Assembly: GCA_964016885.1 (NCBI GenBank)
Contig: OZ024741.1
Location: 49,910,001 to 49,974,000, forward strand
Length of the DNA: 64,000 nt
Direction of reading: 5' to 3'
Source of the DNA: Eledone cirrhosa
Lineage: Eukaryota
The notes under the pieces were generated by a model. The model made no database searches. It saw only the letters and a list, made by a program, of their open reading frames with translations, and had not been told where the DNA came from. The translations under genes and the position numbers were made by a program. Positions 10,855 through 22,986 of this stretch are shown here, piece by piece (position 1 is the stretch's first letter; each line of letters opens with the position of its first letter).

Positions 10855-13800
10855 AATGCCAAAATAATTATGAGCGCAGCAACAAATATATAGGAACAAC
10901 AAAAATATGAAGACGTCGCATCTCAGAGCTGCAACACTTAATGTTGGCACTCTCACAGGTAGATCTAGTGAAATAGTGGAGATGCTGGACAGAAGGCATG
11001 TGGATGTGTGCTGCGTGCAAGAGGTGAGATGGAGAGGTGCCTCTGCGAGACTAGTCGCAGGCAAACATCTTAGCTATAAGCTTTTTCTGGGTAGGTAAGG
11101 ATGATGGGTTAGGGGGAGTAAGCATTTTCCTGGCTGAGAGATGGATCAATAAGACAATAGAGGTAGTTCGAATTAATAATCGAATAATTAAGCTTAGATT
11201 AGTTGTAGGCAGGAGACTACTGACAATCATCTCTGCCCATGCTCTCCAAGCAAACCTAGGCAAAGAAGAGAAAGACTGCTTTTACGAGCAACTTTTACAA
11301 ACGACTGCAATGACAGAGGACAGAGACATCGTTATGCTAGCAGGGGACTTCAATGGTCATGTTGGACAGCTCCAGGATGGTTACACTGGGGTACATGGTG
11401 GGCACGGTTACGGCTCAAGAAATGAAGAAGGAGTGAGACTTTTTGAATTTCGTGATGCAAGTGCACTAACCATTTACAACACTAACTTCCAGAAACCTGC
11501 CAACCACCTAATAACCTACAAATCAGGCGAGCACATAAGCCAGATTGACTTCTTACTAAGTGAGGCAGTGGAACAGGCAGATGGTGTCAAATACCAAGGC
11601 ATACGCTGGGGGATAATGTACCCCACAGCATAGGTTAGTCGATAGTGATATCTCAGTAAGCAAGAGATGGAATGAGACATACAGGAAGGTGTGGAGAAGA
11701 AAATCTCTGGAAGTTAAAAGACTTTTCACTAAAATACAAATTTAGGAAAGCCCTTCAAGATATGTATGGCGAAAAAGAAGACGATTTAGAGACGTATGAC
11801 ATAGATAATAACTGGAATTTCTTACGTGACAACTTACTGCAGGCTACTGATGAAACTTGTGGCTGGAGCAGAGCTCCCACCAGACAAAAGAGAGTGACCT
11901 GGTGGTGGAACAGCACAGTAGATAAGGTCATTAGAGACAAAAGACTAGCATGGAAGGCTTGGAAAAAGGGTGGGAGTAGAGAAGGATATACAGCCGCTAA
12001 GAGAGAAGCTAGACGTCAGGTGTACTTAGCACGCAGAGAGGCTGAGAATAGGAGGTTTGCCAATGTTCTGTGATTGGAAGATCAGAGGCGTGCGGTGTTC
12101 CACATTGCAAGGCAGTGTGTCAATACAAATCAGGATGTTGCTGGAGATAAATGTGTCCGGAATGATACCGGTGTACTTAGTGTCATGAATGATCAGAAAA
12201 AGGAGTCCTGGAAATGTCATTATGACAGACTGATGAATGTGGAGAACGAATGGGAGAGAGAGAAATTACCCTCAGTAGATCCAACAGAGGGACCAGCTAT
12301 TGAGATTGATGAATATAGGGTCCAAGAGTCAATTAAGGAAATGAAAAATGGTAAGGTTGCTGGACCATCGGAGATAGTTGCTGAGATGCTAAAGGCATCA
12401 GGAGACGTAGGCACTAAACTGGTTGCACACATCATCAATCAGGCTATATATGGTGGTGTCATATCCAAAGACTGGTGCAGCAGTATTCTCATAAATTGCT
12501 ACAAAGGTAAAGGGGATGCTATGGAGAGGAGCAATTATTGGGGTATAAAACTGATGGATCAGGTTATGAAAGTGGCAGAAAGGATATTAGCACAACTAAT
12601 TAGAGAAAGGGTCAAACTAGATGAGATGCAGTTTGGTTTTGTGCCTGGGAAAAGTACAACAGATGCCCTCTTCTTGGTGAGACAATTACAAGAGAGATTC
12701 TTAAAGAAGAATAAGCCACTATACTTAGCCTTTGTTAACCTAGAGAAGGCCTTTGATAGGGTACCCCGATCTGTCATCTGGGGGTCCCTAAGGAAACTAG
12801 GTGTTGAGGAATGGCTTGTGAGGACAGTGCAAACTTTGTACAGAGGTGCTGTCAGAGTAGGAATGGAGTTTAGTGAGGAATTCCAGATACAAGTAGGAGT
12901 ACATCAAGGTTCGGTCCTCAGCCCGCTCTTGTTCATTATAGTCCTCCAAACCATAACAGAGGAGTTTAAGACTGACTGTCCATGGGAACTTCTCTATGCT
13001 GACGATCTGGTTCTTATAGCAGAATCAGTAGAGCAGCTAGAGAATAAATTCTGGCTATGGAAACAGCAGTTGGAAGCAAGAGGACTGAGAGTGAACCTCA
13101 TCATCATCATCATCATCATCATCACCGTTTTAACGTCCGTTCTTCCACGCTAGCATGGGTTAGACGGGTTGTCCTGTTGTGGGCAGTGTCTGGTCGGCTG
13201 ACCATGCCTTGCTCATACAGGAACTGATTTGGCTTGATTTCTACAGCTGGATGCCCTTCCTAACACCAACCTCATTTACAGTGAGTGCTGGGTGCTTTTT
13301 CGTGGCGCCTACACATCCACTTTACAGTGTGGGCTGGGTGCTTTTTTGCCGTGGCACCTCCACGACCACCTTGCGGTGCGGGGTGTGGGGGCATATTGTC
13401 TATATAGTTCAGCTTGTACCCATGGGATGTCGGGTACTCTGTATTACTGCGTGACGCCAGAAGTCACGGTCGTGTGTCATTGCCTTTGCCTAGCTAACAC
13501 AAAAGTGTTGATGAGTAGAAAAGAGGACAAAACTCTGATTCCATCAGGGAAATGGCCATGTTCGATATGCAGAAAAGGAACTGGCATAAATTCTATAAAA
13601 TGCACACAATGCAGATCTTGGGTACACAAGAGATGTAGTGGGATAGCAGGCAAACTAACAGGTAGGGAGAAATACGTATGCAGTAGATGTTCAGGGAATA
13701 TAGACAGTAGAAGTCGCATTGATAGACACATTTTTCAAATGCAGGCGGGTACTATAGAAGTGGTGGATAGCGTCCGGCACCTAGGAGATCAGATTAGCAT

Positions 13801-14355
13801 GGGAGGGGGGTGTTCCGAGGCCATAGTATCTAGAATAAGGACGGGTTGGAAGAAGTTTAGGGAGCTGCTTCCTCTGTTGACAAAGAAGGGTTTCTCCCTG
13901 CATACGAAAGACCAGTTATATGATGCCTGTGTGAGGAGCGCAATGTTGCATGGTAGTGAGACATGGGCAGCAACTGCAGAGGATATGCAACAGTTGGAGA
14001 GAAATGGATGTGCAATGTCAATGTGCGTGAACGACCCAGCATGGATTTGTTGAGAGAGAAACTGTGTCTGAGAGGGATAGAATGTAGTGTGCGAGAGAGG
14101 AGACTGCGGTGGTATGGACATGTGATGCGCATGGAGGATGACTGATGGGTGAAGAAGTGCCAGGAAATGCCAGTTGAAGGAAGACGTGGTAGAGGTACCA
14201 CGAAAAACATGGGCGGAGGTGGTGAGAACAGACTTCAGAAGCTCACGGTGGAGATGACAAAGGACCGTGACAAGTGGAGAGATGCTGTGCTGAATAAGAC
14301 CCGTCCCACCCTTGCAAGCAGGGAAAAGCGGACGTAAAATGATGATGATGATGAT
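10855..14355 (+). mobile_element. Near full-length degenerate RTE LINE (APE, RT, PHD-like finger)
   Basis: Motifs ATLNVGTLTG, CVQEVRW, AGDFNGHVG, LLYADD and RLRWYGHVMRM, with stops and frameshifts. Ends in an (ATG)n tail. Confidence 0.92.
13099..13487 (-). mobile_element. 3'-end fragment of the other RTE family inserted into the RT of the 10855-14355 RTE
   Basis: Nearly identical to 4606-4972. It interrupts GTGAACCT|AGCTAA. Confidence 0.85.
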
Positions 14356-14583
14356 ATCATCATCATCATCGTTTTAGCTGTAATACCAATAACTATAAAT
14401 ATTAGCTAAACATAATGGGTAATGTATCACCCTGGAGATGGGGGAAAAAGAACAGAGAGGTATATAAAGATCAAAGCACGAATTTCATGATTCAATTTCC
14501 GCAAAGATCTCTCTCCACTTGTCGTCTGTTCTGGATTTGGTCACAAATCCTTTCCTTATTACTACAGAAAATCTGTACTTTAA

Positions 14584-14805
14584 CCTCTTTAGCATTTAAA
14601 CCGGCCATATCCAGCCAGAATTCTCTCACCATTTTCTGTTCAAACCGGCCGGAACTAGCCACTCATACTAATGTGAAGGTATTGTTCTCAAAATAACTAA
14701 CATCAAAATCTCGTAGATTTGATATTATGTGAGATAATTATATGAGGTACAGCCTTTACTATAAAAACATAATGGTATATATAGAGTAGTGTAAATGATA
14801 AAGGG
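14584..14805. mobile_element. piggyBac-type MITE
   Basis: Family TIR CCCTTTAGCATTTA, with TTAA on the left and CTAA on the right. Four copies occur in the window. Confidence 0.75.
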
Positions 14806-14956
14806 CTAAACTACCCAGATTGTTTTCCAATCTCAAGAATGCAGCAGATCAATGCTAGTCTTTTCAACATTGCATACATTCCCCACCTTAATTAGGTGTT
14901 GAATGAAAGGATTAGCATCAAAGAAAGTAAACAAAGAATAACAAAGAAGTACTCAC

Positions 14957-15227
14957 AGTGATGGTAATTTTAAAATAGCTTCAATTTGTTTTCCAACTGA
15001 AAGAAATTGTCTCATGACAAACTGATGTGGGTCAGGTATATGCAATTGCAACTCATCATTGGTCATGTCAAGCAAGGAGGTTTTTGAGATGTATGTTACA
15101 CCAATAGTTTCTTTAAATTCACAAGTCACATTAATGGGTGTATTATCGGGAGTGTAGAGAACAAATTCACCAGTGACAGGTGTGGTACCATTATTTACTA
15201 TTGCTTCATAAATGTCTTTGCAAGTTC
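14957..15227 (-). CDS. Host gene coding exon C (fibrinogen-type TCKDIY start, then unassigned domain)
   Basis: Acceptor tatAG|GA is phase 1 and donor CT|GTGAGT is phase 2. Both match the neighbouring exons. Confidence 0.82.
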
Positions 15228-15250
15228 CTATAATAATAATAATAATAATA

Positions 15251-15280
<30 letters not shown>

Positions 15281-15286
<6 letters not shown>

Positions 15287-15466
15287 TCTACTTTTGGCAC
15301 AAGGCCAGCAATTACCCAGTGTATTACTGGTACTTTATTTTATCGACCCCGTAAGGATGAAAGGCAAAGTTAACCTCGGCGGGATTTGAACTCAGAATGG
15401 AAAGGGCCGTAACTCTTTGCGTCAAAGCATGGTGTCCGACCCTCTACCGATACTGCCAATCCACCG
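15281..15466 (-). mobile_element. Nin-type tRNA SINE
   Basis: Same family as 1875-2057, embedded in AAT/ATT repeats. Confidence 0.85.
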
Positions 15467-16102
15467 TAATAATAATAGTAGTAGATTAGTGAACAAGCCC
15501 ACCAACAACCTGATTTGAGTATCACAGCTGAAACCCTTAAAAAGCAGGCCAAAAAAACTAACCAACTGGAAATCACCAGGCCCAGATGGTGTAAAAAATG
15601 TAACATCCCTCCACCCAAAACTGACAGCCATGTTCAATGACTGCTTGGTATCAGGTGAAGTACTAGAGTGGTTGACAAAAGGTACCACAGTTCTGGTAAT
15701 GAAAGACCAAATCAAGGGTAATGAGGTTACCAACTATAGTCCTATCACATGTCTGTCCGTAATGTGGAAACTGTTAACAAACATAGTATCTGAGGAAATC
15801 TACTATCACTTCCACATAAACAACTTGTTACCGGACGAACAGAAAGGATGCCGAAAGAAATCCTGTGGTACAAAAGACCAGTTACTTATTGATAAGATGG
15901 TAATGAGGAATTTCAAGAGGAGGCATACTGGTCTTGCCATGGGATGGATAGATTACAAAAAGGCATTCGACATGGTACCTCATTCTTGGATAACTAAAAG
16001 CCTAGAGATCTTCAAGGTGGCAGACAACATCAGACAGCTAATAAGTAAAAGTATGAAGTCCTGGGAGTTAACATCAGGTGGAGAATCCTTGGGAGGCGTG
16101 AA

Positions 16103-16504
16103 TATAACGGGTTTTAGGGTCAATTCTTGGTATACATAATAGAAATCAGAAGGCATTTAGAACATTGACTAAATCCATTATCGATGTTGTAACTCTATTT
16201 ATTAGTCGTACATGTTGAACGGATACATTAGGTACAGGTCGTATCTACATGTGTAGGATGTAGTTTGGTCCGCTTCATTGCAAGATGGAGATGTTGTTAG
16301 CAGCGATGAGTGTAGCCTGGTCTTGTCGATAAGAGAGGTGCGTGTAGACTAATGTCTCTCTTGGTCACCTCCGCTCACCTGGTGACGTAGTTCTGGACAG
16401 TCCAATTAGTGCACCGAAGGTTTCGATTGGCTCACACTTCAGCCAACTTACCTCCGTAATACCATTCCGCCGCAGAAGGAAAATACATTTCATTCACTGC
16501 TACA
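16103..16504 (-). repeat. 3' LTR of Gypsy-1
   Basis: Runs TGTAGCAG...GTTATA. I counted two substitutions against the 5' LTR. Confidence 0.95.
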
Positions 16505-16726
16505 TCACCCCCTGCTTAGGCTTACAGCCGACAGAGAAATAAGGGTAGCAGTTGAATGAAAGAAAAAGTACTATATAATAGTAAACACAATAAAATATAT
16601 CACTGATAAAGAAATGTTCATATTACAGGAAAGTCAGAAATAGTGTAATGTTCACCTTAGTTCATACATTTAATACAAATACAAGGGCGGAGCAAACTCC
16701 AAGAAGATTGCTGTAAATAACATAGT

Positions 16727-19700
16727 TCATATATAAAGAGTCTTGCAAAGCTTCTTGGGCCAATTTACTCGCCGACCGCTACGTGTGGTGGTGACATATG
16801 TAGGTGTAGGTGTGTGCGATGTTATATGTGTATTGTGGCTTGGCTGATGCCAGGTGTATGTGGGGGGAAAATGGGGCTCTTGTGTGAGAGTGTCTGTATA
16901 GGCCCGTTTTACCCTGTCAATGGACACAGTCTCTTTTTTACCCCCAATGTCTAGGGTGAATAGCTTATCTGTGCGCTCAAGCACGCGATAGGGACCGGTA
17001 TAAGGTGGCATGAGAGGAGCTCTCACGGCGTCCTTTCGTAAAAAGACGTGGGTCCATGAAGCAATGTCTTTCGGGACCGAAGATTTGATTGTCTGTTGGC
17101 GAGGGTGCATAGGCGGAAGATTGCTGAAATATGATTGCAGTCTGCTCACATACAGAGCTGGGTCTGTTGCTGGTAGGTCCAATGGAGCTAACATCTGACC
17201 AGGCAGAGATATAGGCACTCCGTAAACCAACTCGGCGGGGGAGTAGCCTAGATCTTCCTTGATGGCTGCACGACAGCCCAGGAGGACAATTGGTACATAT
17301 TCGCTCCACCGCTGCTGATCCGGATAAGCGCGCAGTGCGGCTTTCAATTGGCGGTGGAAGCGTTCAATCATTCCGTTAGAAGCTGGATGGTAGCTGGTCG
17401 TTCGAATGCGTTGCATTCCCAGGATCCTTGAAAGCTCTCGGAAAAGGTGTGACTCAAATTGTCCACCGCGGTCAGTGGTGATAGTGGCTGGAACTCCGTA
17501 ACGCGATATCCAACCCGATACTAGAGCTCGCGCCACAGATTCCGCCGAAATGTCACTTAAAGGAATGGCCTCAGGCCAACGTGTGAAGCGATCTATGCAG
17601 GTCAGGAGGTATGTAAATCCTCGGCTGACCGGCCATGGTCCGACAAGATCTATATGGACATGGCTGAACCTAGCGTCTGGAGTGCTGAAAGTTCCAAGGG
17701 GTGCGCGGATGTGTTTGTGCACCTTTGACTTTTGGCAGGATAGGCAGGAACGTGTCCAGGCAGTGATGTCACGCCTCATATTAGGCCAGAAGAATCTAGC
17801 CGAAATGAGCTTCACTGTGGTCGATATTCCAGGGTGTGCCAGACCGTGCAAGGTGTCGAAAACTGCTCGACGATGAGTCACTGGCACTAGAGGGCGAGGT
17901 GCATCTGTCGAGGTGTCGCAGATAATCTGTGTGTCCGAAGTGGGCACAGGCAGATATGCAAATTTGCCAGTTGCAAATTCAGAAGACGAGAGGTTCAAAG
18001 TATCCAGAGGTGGTTGTTCTGTGGCCATTCGTTGGAGGTCGATTTCCGCTGGCGATGACAGGGAATTAATTGGGAGGCGAGACAGTGCATCTGCCGCCGC
18101 ATTCTGTTCACCAGAGATGTGTCGGATATCGCTGGTAAATTGCGAAACGAAGTCCAAGTGGCGAGTTTCGCGAGGTGAATATTTGTCCGGCTTAGAACGC
18201 AGTGCGAACGTAAGCGGACGGTGGTCAGTGTATATAACAAATTGGCGACCCTCCAGTGAATGCCGAAAGTGTTTCACTGCAAGGTACATAGCCAAGAGTT
18301 CACGGCCGAATGTGCTATACCGTGTTTCTGCAGGCTTCAGCTGTTTAGAAAAGTAGGCAAGAGGTTGTAACTGTTGTTGGTGATGTTGTTGCAGTACTGC
18401 ACCTACAGCTGTGCCTGATGCATCAACAACCAGTGAAAACTGGGCACCAGACACAGGATGTGCAAGCAGTGATGTCTCCGCAAGCTTCCGCTTCACTTCG
18501 TCGAAGGCTTTTAGCTGATTCGTGTCCAATGAAATGGAATCGTTCTTCTTTTTCCTGTTACGTAACAGGTCGGACAGAGGAGACAGGAGATCCGCACAGT
18601 GTGGGATAAAGCGCCTGTAATAGTTCAGTAGCCCAAGGAAATGTCGTAGTTGACGAAGTGAAGTGGGTGGTTGGAGGTCTTGTACCGCTTTCACTTTATC
18701 AGGTAGTGGCGAAATTCCTTCTGGGCTGATGACATGGCCCAAGAAGACAAGTGAGGAAGCACCGAAAACACATTTTGCCGGATTAATTCTCACTTGGTAT
18801 TTTTGAAATCTCTCGAACAGGAGACGGAGGTGATTGACATGTTCCTCAGGTGAGGCACTTGCCACAAGAATGTCGTCGATGTAGTTGTACACGAAGTCTA
18901 AATCGCGCACAACTTCATCCATAAATCGTTGGAACGTGCTGGCTGCGTTTCGCAAACCGAAAGGCATGGTCAAAAATCCAAACGCTCCAAATGGAGTTGT
19001 TACTGCAGTTTTAGGTATGTCTGCCGGGTTCACCGGGATTTGGTGGTATGCTTTGACCAAATCCAATTTGGAGAATATGTTGCATCCATGCAGCGAAGAT
19101 GCAAAATCCTGTATGTGTGGTATCGGGTAGCGGTCGGGTACCGTCATTGCATTTAACCGGCGAAAGTCCCCAGTGGGACGCCAATCACCGGAACGCTTTG
19201 GTACCAAATGCAAGGGTGCGGCCCACGGGCTTGAGGATGGGCGAATGATCCCGAGCTGCAGCATGTGATTGAATTCAGCCTTTGCGGCCTTCAGTTTCTC
19301 AGCAGAGAGACGGCGAGGGCGCGAAAACACAGGAGCTCCGGATGTTTCAATGTGGTGCTTGGTGGAGTGAGTAGGCTCACTCATCACAAAATTCAAATTT
19401 GTTAATTCCGGGAAGGAATGCAAAAGTGATTGGTAAGGATTTTCTGTAGCAGCGATAAAGAAGACCGGGCTGACCGACGAGACAGTCGATCTGGTACCCG
19501 GCACAGACAGTTCTGTGTTGGCATCCAACAACCGGCGTCTGCGCATATCCACTATCAAGTTATAGTGGTGCAGGAAATCTGAGCCTAGGATGGGGTAAGG
19601 CAGATCAGCAACAGTGAAGATCCACGTGAAATCTCTACGCAATTCCAGGTTCAAAGAACGAGAAATCTGACCGTACGTGGGGATCGGTGACTGGTTTACT

Positions 19701-19888
19701 GCTTGCAGAGAGACGGTTGAGAGTTGGGGCTTCTCTTTGAGAAGTTTTAGCGGCCAAATGCTACAAGCCGCGCCGGTGTCGATCAGACAACGTGCTTGCG
19801 ACTCAGTGTCTGTGATGAAAAACACACGGTTATTAGGGAGGGTCAGAGGAGACTGTGCCGTGCTCAGGTCTCCTGAAATCTGTTTCCC
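16727..19888 (-). CDS. pol: Gypsy-1 Pol (protease, RT, RNase H, integrase), entered by -1 frameshift
   Basis: Motifs LIDTGA, YIDDIL, VDASG, YTDH, HHCC, HIDLVGP, TTDRG, ERFHR and GPY. No internal stops. Confidence 0.95.
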   Translation of the reverse strand, partial: GKQISGDLSTAQSPLTLPNNRVFFITDTESQARCLIDTGAACSIWPLKLLKEKPQLSTVSLQAVNQSPIPTYGQISRSLNLELRRDFTWIFTVADLPYPILGSDFLHHYNLIVDMRRRRLLDANTELSVPGTRSTVSSVSPVFFIAATENPYQSLLHSFPELTNLNFVMSEPTHSTKHHIETSGAPVFSRPRRLSAEKLKAAKAEFNHMLQLGIIRPSSSPWAAPLHLVPKRSGDWRPTGDFRRLNAMTVPDRYPIPHIQDFASSLHGCNIFSKLDLVKAYHQIPVNPADIPKTAVTTPFGAFGFLTMPFGLRNAASTFQRFMDEVVRDLDFVYNYIDDILVASASPEEHVNHLRLLFERFQKYQVRINPAKCVFGASSLVFLGHVISPEGISPLPDKVKAVQDLQPPTSLRQLRHFLGLLNYYRRFIPHCADLLSPLSDLLRNRKKKNDSISLDTNQLKAFDEVKRKLAETSLLAHPVSGAQFSLVVDASGTAVGAVLQQHHQQQLQPLAYFSKQLKPAETRYSTFGRELLAMYLAVKHFRHSLEGRQFVIYTDHRPLTFALRSKPDKYSPRETRHLDFVSQFTSDIRHISGEQNAAADALSRLPINSLSSPAEIDLQRMATEQPPLDTLNLSSSEFATGKFAYLPVPTSDTQIICDTSTDAPRPLVPVTHRRAVFDTLHGLAHPGISTTVKLISARFFWPNMRRDITAWTRSCLSCQKSKVHKHIRAPLGTFSTPDARFSHVHIDLVGPWPVSRGFTYLLTCIDRFTRWPEAIPLSDISAESVARALVSGWISRYGVPATITTDRGGQFESHLFRELSRILGMQRIRTTSYHPASNGMIERFHRQLKAALRAYPDQQRWSEYVPIVLLGCRAAIKEDLGYSPAELVYGVPISLPGQMLAPLDLPATDPALYVSRLQSYFSNLPPMHPRQQTIKSSVPKDIASWTHVFLRKDAVRAPLMPPYTGPYRVLERTDKLFTLDIGGKKETVSIDRVKRAYTDTLTQEPHFPPTYTWHQPSHNTHITSHTPTPTYVTTTRSGRRVNWPKKLCKTLYI

Positions 19889-20721
19889 TGGTCCGAAAAT
19901 GTACAAGGCTGTTTACAGGAGCGTGCTGCTGCGCCAAAACGGCTGTGGTAGTAACACAAACCTGAACTGCCTGTGTGACGGCGTCGTGGCGAGGGTGAAC
20001 GGCTCTGGAAACGGCGTCTGGGCGAATGAGCCCTGTGAGTGCTTAGTTTTCTCACTTCCTTGGTTAGCTGCTCTATTGCTTGCAGCATTGCTGCATTTGC
20101 AAGTGACTGGTCGGTATAACTGGCAGCCGCTGGAGTGAAGGAAGCGACCGCAGTCGGCGGCTGGGATGCATTGAAGGAGACAGGAGCGAACGGATTGACC
20201 GCAGCCGGTGGCTGAGGTGCCTGGAAGGGGGCAAATGAGGCTGGGTGTCCGATGACACTCATAACCCTGTCGGCCGAAGCCGCTAGCTGGTCGACAGGAG
20301 CAGCCTCCATCATGGGCGCTAAGATCGCCTGAACTCCGGGGGGTAGCCTTGAGACAAAAAGCTGTCTAAGGAGGGCACTGTCAGCTGGGGCATCTTCCGC
20401 CAGCTCTCTCATCCGACGCAGTAGTTGTGTGGGCGTCCGATCACCCAAATGTTCGTCATTGACGAGCGTCTGAAATTTGTTTTCTGCGGACAATGTGGTC
20501 CGCCGCAACACTTCGAGCTTCACGCTCTCATAGGTGGCCCCAGGGCGAGGATCTGTAATTAAGTCTTTGACGACCGACGTCAATGACGCTGGAAAAGCGC
20601 TTAACAGGAGATTTAACTGTCTGTGGTCACTGGTGATGTTATTCGCTGTGAAATGTGCTTCTATCTGGGCGAACCAGACAGTGACGTCACCGGTAAACGG
20701 TGGCAATGAAGTGCTACCCAT
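19864..20721 (-). CDS. gag: Gypsy-1 Gag
   Basis: ATG at 20721 (MGSTSLPPF), [13 protein letters not shown] and a C-x2-H-x9-C-x3-C knuckle. Confidence 0.92.
   Translation of the reverse strand: MGSTSLPPFTGDVTVWFAQIEAHFTANNITSDHRQLNLLLSAFPASLTSVVKDLITDPRPGATYESVKLEVLRRTTLSAENKFQTLVNDEHLGDRTPTQLLRRMRELAEDAPADSALLRQLFVSRLPPGVQAILAPMMEAAPVDQLAASADRVMSVIGHPASFAPFQAPQPPAAVNPFAPVSFNASQPPTAVASFTPAAASYTDQSLANAAMLQAIEQLTKEVRKLSTHRAHSPRRRFQSRSPSPRRRHTGSSGLCYYHSRFGAAARSCKQPCTFSDQGNRFQET
19882..19888 (-). promoter_or_regulatory. -1 ribosomal frameshift heptamer G GGA AAC
   Basis: X XXY YYZ pattern in the gag frame within the gag/pol overlap. It is followed by a stem-loop and is conserved in Gypsy-2. Confidence 0.8.
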
Positions 20722-21378
20722 TGTGTATACTGATGTAAAAGCAAAGGGCAAAGAAAGGACAACTCTGCACTTGTCACCGAGACAAAAGTGAAAATTCAGG
20801 CCAAGAAAAAATATAATCCGAGTGAAAGACAGAAAAAGAAAAATATATCAAAAACAATGTTGGAGGGAAAAACGTCAAGCTTTAAAAAAAAAATTATGAT
20901 TTATCTTTGTCCTATTATTTTATTTATTTATTTATTTTTTTCTTTTTGTGTACTTTTCAAAATGGCGTTGCCTCCGTCATTTTGGCGGGAAAACAGCTGA
21001 AGAAGACGGAAGTCGGCCATCTTGCTCTGACTGGCTATCGGCGCCAACAGTTTTTTTTGTTTTTTTTTATAGCGTCGCCCAATCAGAAATTGAGAGGAAA
21101 AAATAAGATTTTTGTATTAACGCATGTGTTCGGTGATGTTAGAAAGTGAAGGTGTGATGTGCAGATTTAGTAACAATAAGACAATATATCAAATACATAT
21201 TAGGACTCAAGCTAATCGCGTACATACCCCGAGAAAAGGCGAGTGGCTTTGTTTTTTTTGGGGGGGGGGGGGGATGCGAAATGTTGATGTGTTCGTTGCA
21301 ACGGAAAGATGTGGTTTCTTCTGTGTTGATGTCCTTAAACGTTCGGGTCACCATTTATAATGTGATTTGTTGTATCGT

Positions 21379-21396
21379 ATCACGTCGGGGTCACCA
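21379..21396 (-). promoter_or_regulatory. Primer-binding site for tRNA-Trp
   Basis: TGGTGACCCCGACGTGAT lies 2 nt after the 5' LTR. An identical PBS lies at 27854-27871. Confidence 0.92.
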
Positions 21397-21398
21397 TT

Positions 21399-21800
21399 TA
21401 TAACGGGTTTTAGGGTCAATTCTTGGTATACATAATAGAAATCAGAAGGCATTTAGAACATTGACTAAATCCATTATCGATGTTGTAACTCTATTTATTA
21501 GTCGTACATGTTGAACGGATACATTAGGTACAGGTCGTATCTACATGTGTAGGATGTAGTTTGGTCAGCTTCATTGCAAGATGGAGATGTTGTTAGCAGC
21601 GATGAGTGTAGCCTGGTCTTGTCGATAAGAGAGGTGCGTGTAGACTAATGTCTCTCTTGGTCACCTCCGCTCACCTGGTGACGTAGTTCTGGACAGTCCA
21701 ATTAGTGCACCGAAGGTTTCGATTGGCTCACACTTCAGCCAACTTACCTCCGTAATACCATTTCGCCGCAGAAGGAAAATACATTTCATTCACTGCTACA
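21399..21800 (-). repeat. 5' LTR of Gypsy-1
   Basis: Direct repeat of 16103-16504. Confidence 0.95.
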
Positions 21801-22317
21801 TGAAGATCAAGAGAGGTAACTTCCAGGGAGATAGTTTGTCCCCTTTGTTGTTTGTCCTTATCCTCATACCCTTGTCCCTCATATTGTGAAAATTAAGAGC
21901 AGGATACAAGCTGGGAAGAGGAGAGCTTACTATCAACCACCACCTCTTCATGGACGATCTAAAACTCTTTGGGAAAATTAAGGAGTTGGATGTACTTGTT
22001 AAAACTGTCTGCATTTTCAGCAATGATATATGTATGGAATTTGGTGTTAATAAGTGTGGAGTCCTAGTGATGAGGAGGAGTAACTTGAACAGAAGCAACA
22101 GAATCCAGAGGTAAGATGATAAAGGAAATTGACACTGAAGAGGGATAGAAATATTTGGGTATTCTGGAGGCAGATGACACCAAGAACAAAAAAATGAAGG
22201 AATTGATAAGATCTAAATACATAAGGAGAGTAGAACATACTAAAATTACATCTAAATAGTAGGAATATCATAAGTGCAGTAAATTCCCGAGCTGTGTCTA
22301 TTATTAGGTACAGTTAA

Positions 22318-22507
22318 GGCGGTGGATTGGCAGCATCGGTAGAGGATCGGACTCCATACTTTGACGCATAGAGTTACGGCCTTTGCCATTCTGAGTTCAA
22401 ATCCCGCCGAGGTTAACTTTTCCTTTCATCCTTACGGGGTCGATAAAATAAAGTACCAGTAATGTACTGGTTAATTGCTGTCCTGCCTTGTGCCAAAAGT
22501 AGAAACA
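22318..22507 (+). mobile_element. Nin-type tRNA SINE inserted in the R4-like LINE
   Basis: 15-bp TSD ATTATTAGGTACAGT at 22300-22314 and 22508-22522. Confidence 0.88.
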
Positions 22508-22986
22508 ATTATTAGGTACAGTGCGGGAATTCTGAAACGGAATGTTACTGAACAAAAAAGAAATGGATAAGAAGACTAGGAAACTAATGACTACCTACAG
22601 CATGTTCCACAGGAGGAGTGATGTTGATAGACTCTACTTAAAGAGATTTGAATGTGGAAGAGGTCTTATCAGCATTGAGAACTGTGTTCAGATGGAGAAA
22701 AACAACCTGCACAAATATGTGACTGACAGTAGGGAGCCAATGCTCAAAATTGTACTGAAGGAGAAGACAATAGACCAGGGGATATCCAATGAGGAAATAA
22801 CAACAAAGAGGAAGAGCAACCTTCATGAAAAATCCCTTCATAGCACCTTCTTTAAGGAAACAGAATTCAGAGATTCACAGACATGGAACTGGTTAAAAAG
22901 AGGAGACCTTAAAAAAAGCTACAGAAGAGATGCTAATGGCTGCACAAGAGCAGGCTCTCAGAACGAAGTGGGTGAAAGTGAAACAC

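Larger units (their letters stand above)
16103..21800 (-). mobile_element. Full-length intact Ty3/Gypsy LTR retrotransposon, CsRn1-like
   Basis: 402-bp LTRs, 4-bp TSD TGAA (16099-16102 and 21801-21804), tRNA-Trp PBS, PPT at about 16505-16520, CHCC Gag knuckle, open gag and pol. Confidence 0.97.
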
